DNA of 64,000 nt from an uncultured Gemmatimonadales bacterium (lineage in GTDB: Bacteria > Gemmatimonadota > Gemmatimonadetes > Longimicrobiales > Gaopeijiaceae), in assembly GCA_963809895.1 (NCBI GenBank), contig CAWELD010000010.1, forward strand, positions 352,001-416,000, given 5' to 3'. The notes under the pieces were generated by a model, which saw only the letters and a list, made by a program, of their open reading frames with translations, did not search any database and was not told where the DNA came from. Each line of letters opens with the position of its first letter. Position 1 is the stretch's first letter. Positions 62,388 through 64,000 of the stretch are shown in pieces. The position numbers and the translations under genes are program-made.

Positions 62388-63779
62388 GTGTCCGGTCGTC
62401 TCTCTGCCCTGTTGCTCGTCGCCGCGGTGGTTCTGTGCGTGGGGATCGCACGGCCGGTGCGTGCCCAGACTGCGGAGGGCTTCCGGATCCCCGACCTGCC
62501 CGTGGACACCTTCAGCCTGTCCAACGGCCTCCGGGTGGTGGTCTCCGAGGATCACTCGACCCCCGTGGTGGCGGTGAATATGTGGTACTACGTGGGCAGC
62601 GCCCACGAGGAGGTCGGCCGCTCGGGATTCGCCCATCTCTTCGAGCACATGTTCTTCGAGGAGACGGAGCACCTGGCCCGCGGCGACATGGATCGCCTGG
62701 TGAACCGCGCCGGCGGGATCTACAACGGCACCACCAACACCGACCGCACCGCCTATTTCGAGGTGCTGCCCGCCAACCGCGTGAACCTCGCCCTGTGGCT
62801 CCACGCCGAGCGCATGGCCCGTCTGCGGGTGAGTCGGGAGAACTTCGAGAACCAACGGAGCGTGGTGAAGGAAGAGCGCCGGATGCGCATCGACAACCAG
62901 CCCTACGCCGTCGCACAGCTCACGGTGGACACGCTGGCGGAGCGCGACTATCCGCCCTACCGCCACACCGTCATCGGCTCCATGGACGATCTGGACGCGG
63001 CCTCGGTAGCCGACGCCCAGGCCTTCTACCAGCGCTACTACGCCCCCAATCACGCCGTGCTCACCGTCGTGGGTGACGTGACCGTCGACGAGGTGCGGGA
63101 GCTGGCCGAGACCTACCTGGGCGGAATCCCCCGGGGCCCGGAGCTGCCGCCGCTCCCCGCTCCGCCGGCGATCCCCCGCAGCGACGGTGAGCGCCGGGCG
63201 GAGATCGACGCGCCCCTGGCCCAGCTCCCCCTCCTGTGGATGGCCTTCAACCTGCCTCCGGCCGGAAGCCCGGACCACTACGCGCTTCGCCTGCTGTCGG
63301 AGATCTTCTCCACCGGAGAGAGCTCCCGTCTCCGCCAGCGACTGGTGGACCGGGAGCAGGCGGCGCTGGACGTGATCTCGCAGGTGGACCAGCGCGTCGG
63401 TCCGGGGCTCATTCTCTTCGGCGCGATTCCCAATCAGGGCGTGGGAGTGGACCGTCTCGAGGCGTTGATGCAGGACGAGATCCAGCGGCTGCAGCAGGAG
63501 GGGGTGAGCGACCGGGAGCTGGACAAGGCGAAGAACCAGGTGCGAGCACAGGCGGTAACCGATCGCATGACCGTGCAGAGCAAGGCTTCGCTCCTGCAGA
63601 GCCTCGCGCTCTACCAGGGATCCCCCCTCGCCGTGAACCACGAACTGGCACGCTACGAAGAGGTGACCGCCGCCGACGTGCGGCGGGTGGCGCGGACGTA
63701 CCTGGTGCCGCCCAACGAGACCGTGGTCGTGGCCCGGCCCCCGACCTCGGCGGGTGGCGGAGAAGGGGGGCGGCCATGA
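62388..63779 (+). CDS. M16 family zinc peptidase, secreted
   Basis: LSNGLRV, GFAHLFEHMFF (HXXEH), NGTT..DRT, YYAPNHA. Confidence 0.93.
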   Translation: MSGRLSALLLVAAVVLCVGIARPVRAQTAEGFRIPDLPVDTFSLSNGLRVVVSEDHSTPVVAVNMWYYVGSAHEEVGRSGFAHLFEHMFFEETEHLARGDMDRLVNRAGGIYNGTTNTDRTAYFEVLPANRVNLALWLHAERMARLRVSRENFENQRSVVKEERRMRIDNQPYAVAQLTVDTLAERDYPPYRHTVIGSMDDLDAASVADAQAFYQRYYAPNHAVLTVVGDVTVDEVRELAETYLGGIPRGPELPPLPAPPAIPRSDGERRAEIDAPLAQLPLLWMAFNLPPAGSPDHYALRLLSEIFSTGESSRLRQRLVDREQAALDVISQVDQRVGPGLILFGAIPNQGVGVDRLEALMQDEIQRLQQEGVSDRELDKAKNQVRAQAVTDRMTVQSKASLLQSLALYQGSPLAVNHELARYEEVTAADVRRVARTYLVPPNETVVVARPPTSAGGGEGGRP

Positions 63780-64000
63780 GGCCCGGAAGGGGTGGGCGCG
63801 CTGTGGTCGGGACGCTCGCCGCCTGTCTCGCCTGCGCCCGGGCGCTGGCGGCCCAGGCGACGCCCCCGCCACCCCTTCCGCTCGATCGGGTGGAGCTCCC
63901 CCGGTTCCAGGAGCGGAAGCTGGCCAGCGGTGCGCAGCTGATCGTGGTTCCGCAGCACGAGGTCCCCTTCGTCACCGTCAATCTGGTCCTTCCCGGAGGG
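63776..64000 (+). CDS. Second M16 family subunit (partial, runs off window)
   Basis: ATG overlaps the previous stop; signal peptide then ERKLASGAQLIVVPQHEVPFVTV. Confidence 0.75.
   Translation, partial: MRPGRGGRAVVGTLAACLACARALAAQATPPPPLPLDRVELPRFQERKLASGAQLIVVPQHEVPFVTVNLVLPGG

Overview
GC-rich (roughly 70% by eye) diderm bacterial chromosome segment; gene content and style suggest Gemmatimonadota, but that is inference only. Left to right: a partial multi-PAS hybrid histidine kinase; tRNA-Pro(GGG) followed by a 3.5-unit tRNA-linked repeat array; an atypical OmpR-type regulator divergent from a 17-gene tRNA array (4347-6464); signalling genes; ppk1, sixA and a histone H1-like gene; a SprT protease; tkt and leuS; transport and hydrolase genes; a complete Tad/Flp pilus locus with an adjacent sigma54 two-component system; waaA; an ABC exporter; a his operon (G-D-C-H-A-B-F-IE) with a His-rich leader attenuator; uvrA; and several secreted peptidases plus a kinase-M23-aminotransferase fusion. 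The most interesting candidate is an attenuator-like element inside the tRNA array: a 40-codon leader ORF followed by mutually exclusive antiterminator and terminator hairpins, sitting directly before 16 tRNA genes. Its codons are mostly read by those same tRNAs. Many genes, especially at 23-37 kb and leuS, carry single-base frameshifts that look like long-read errors, so their coordinates are approximate.
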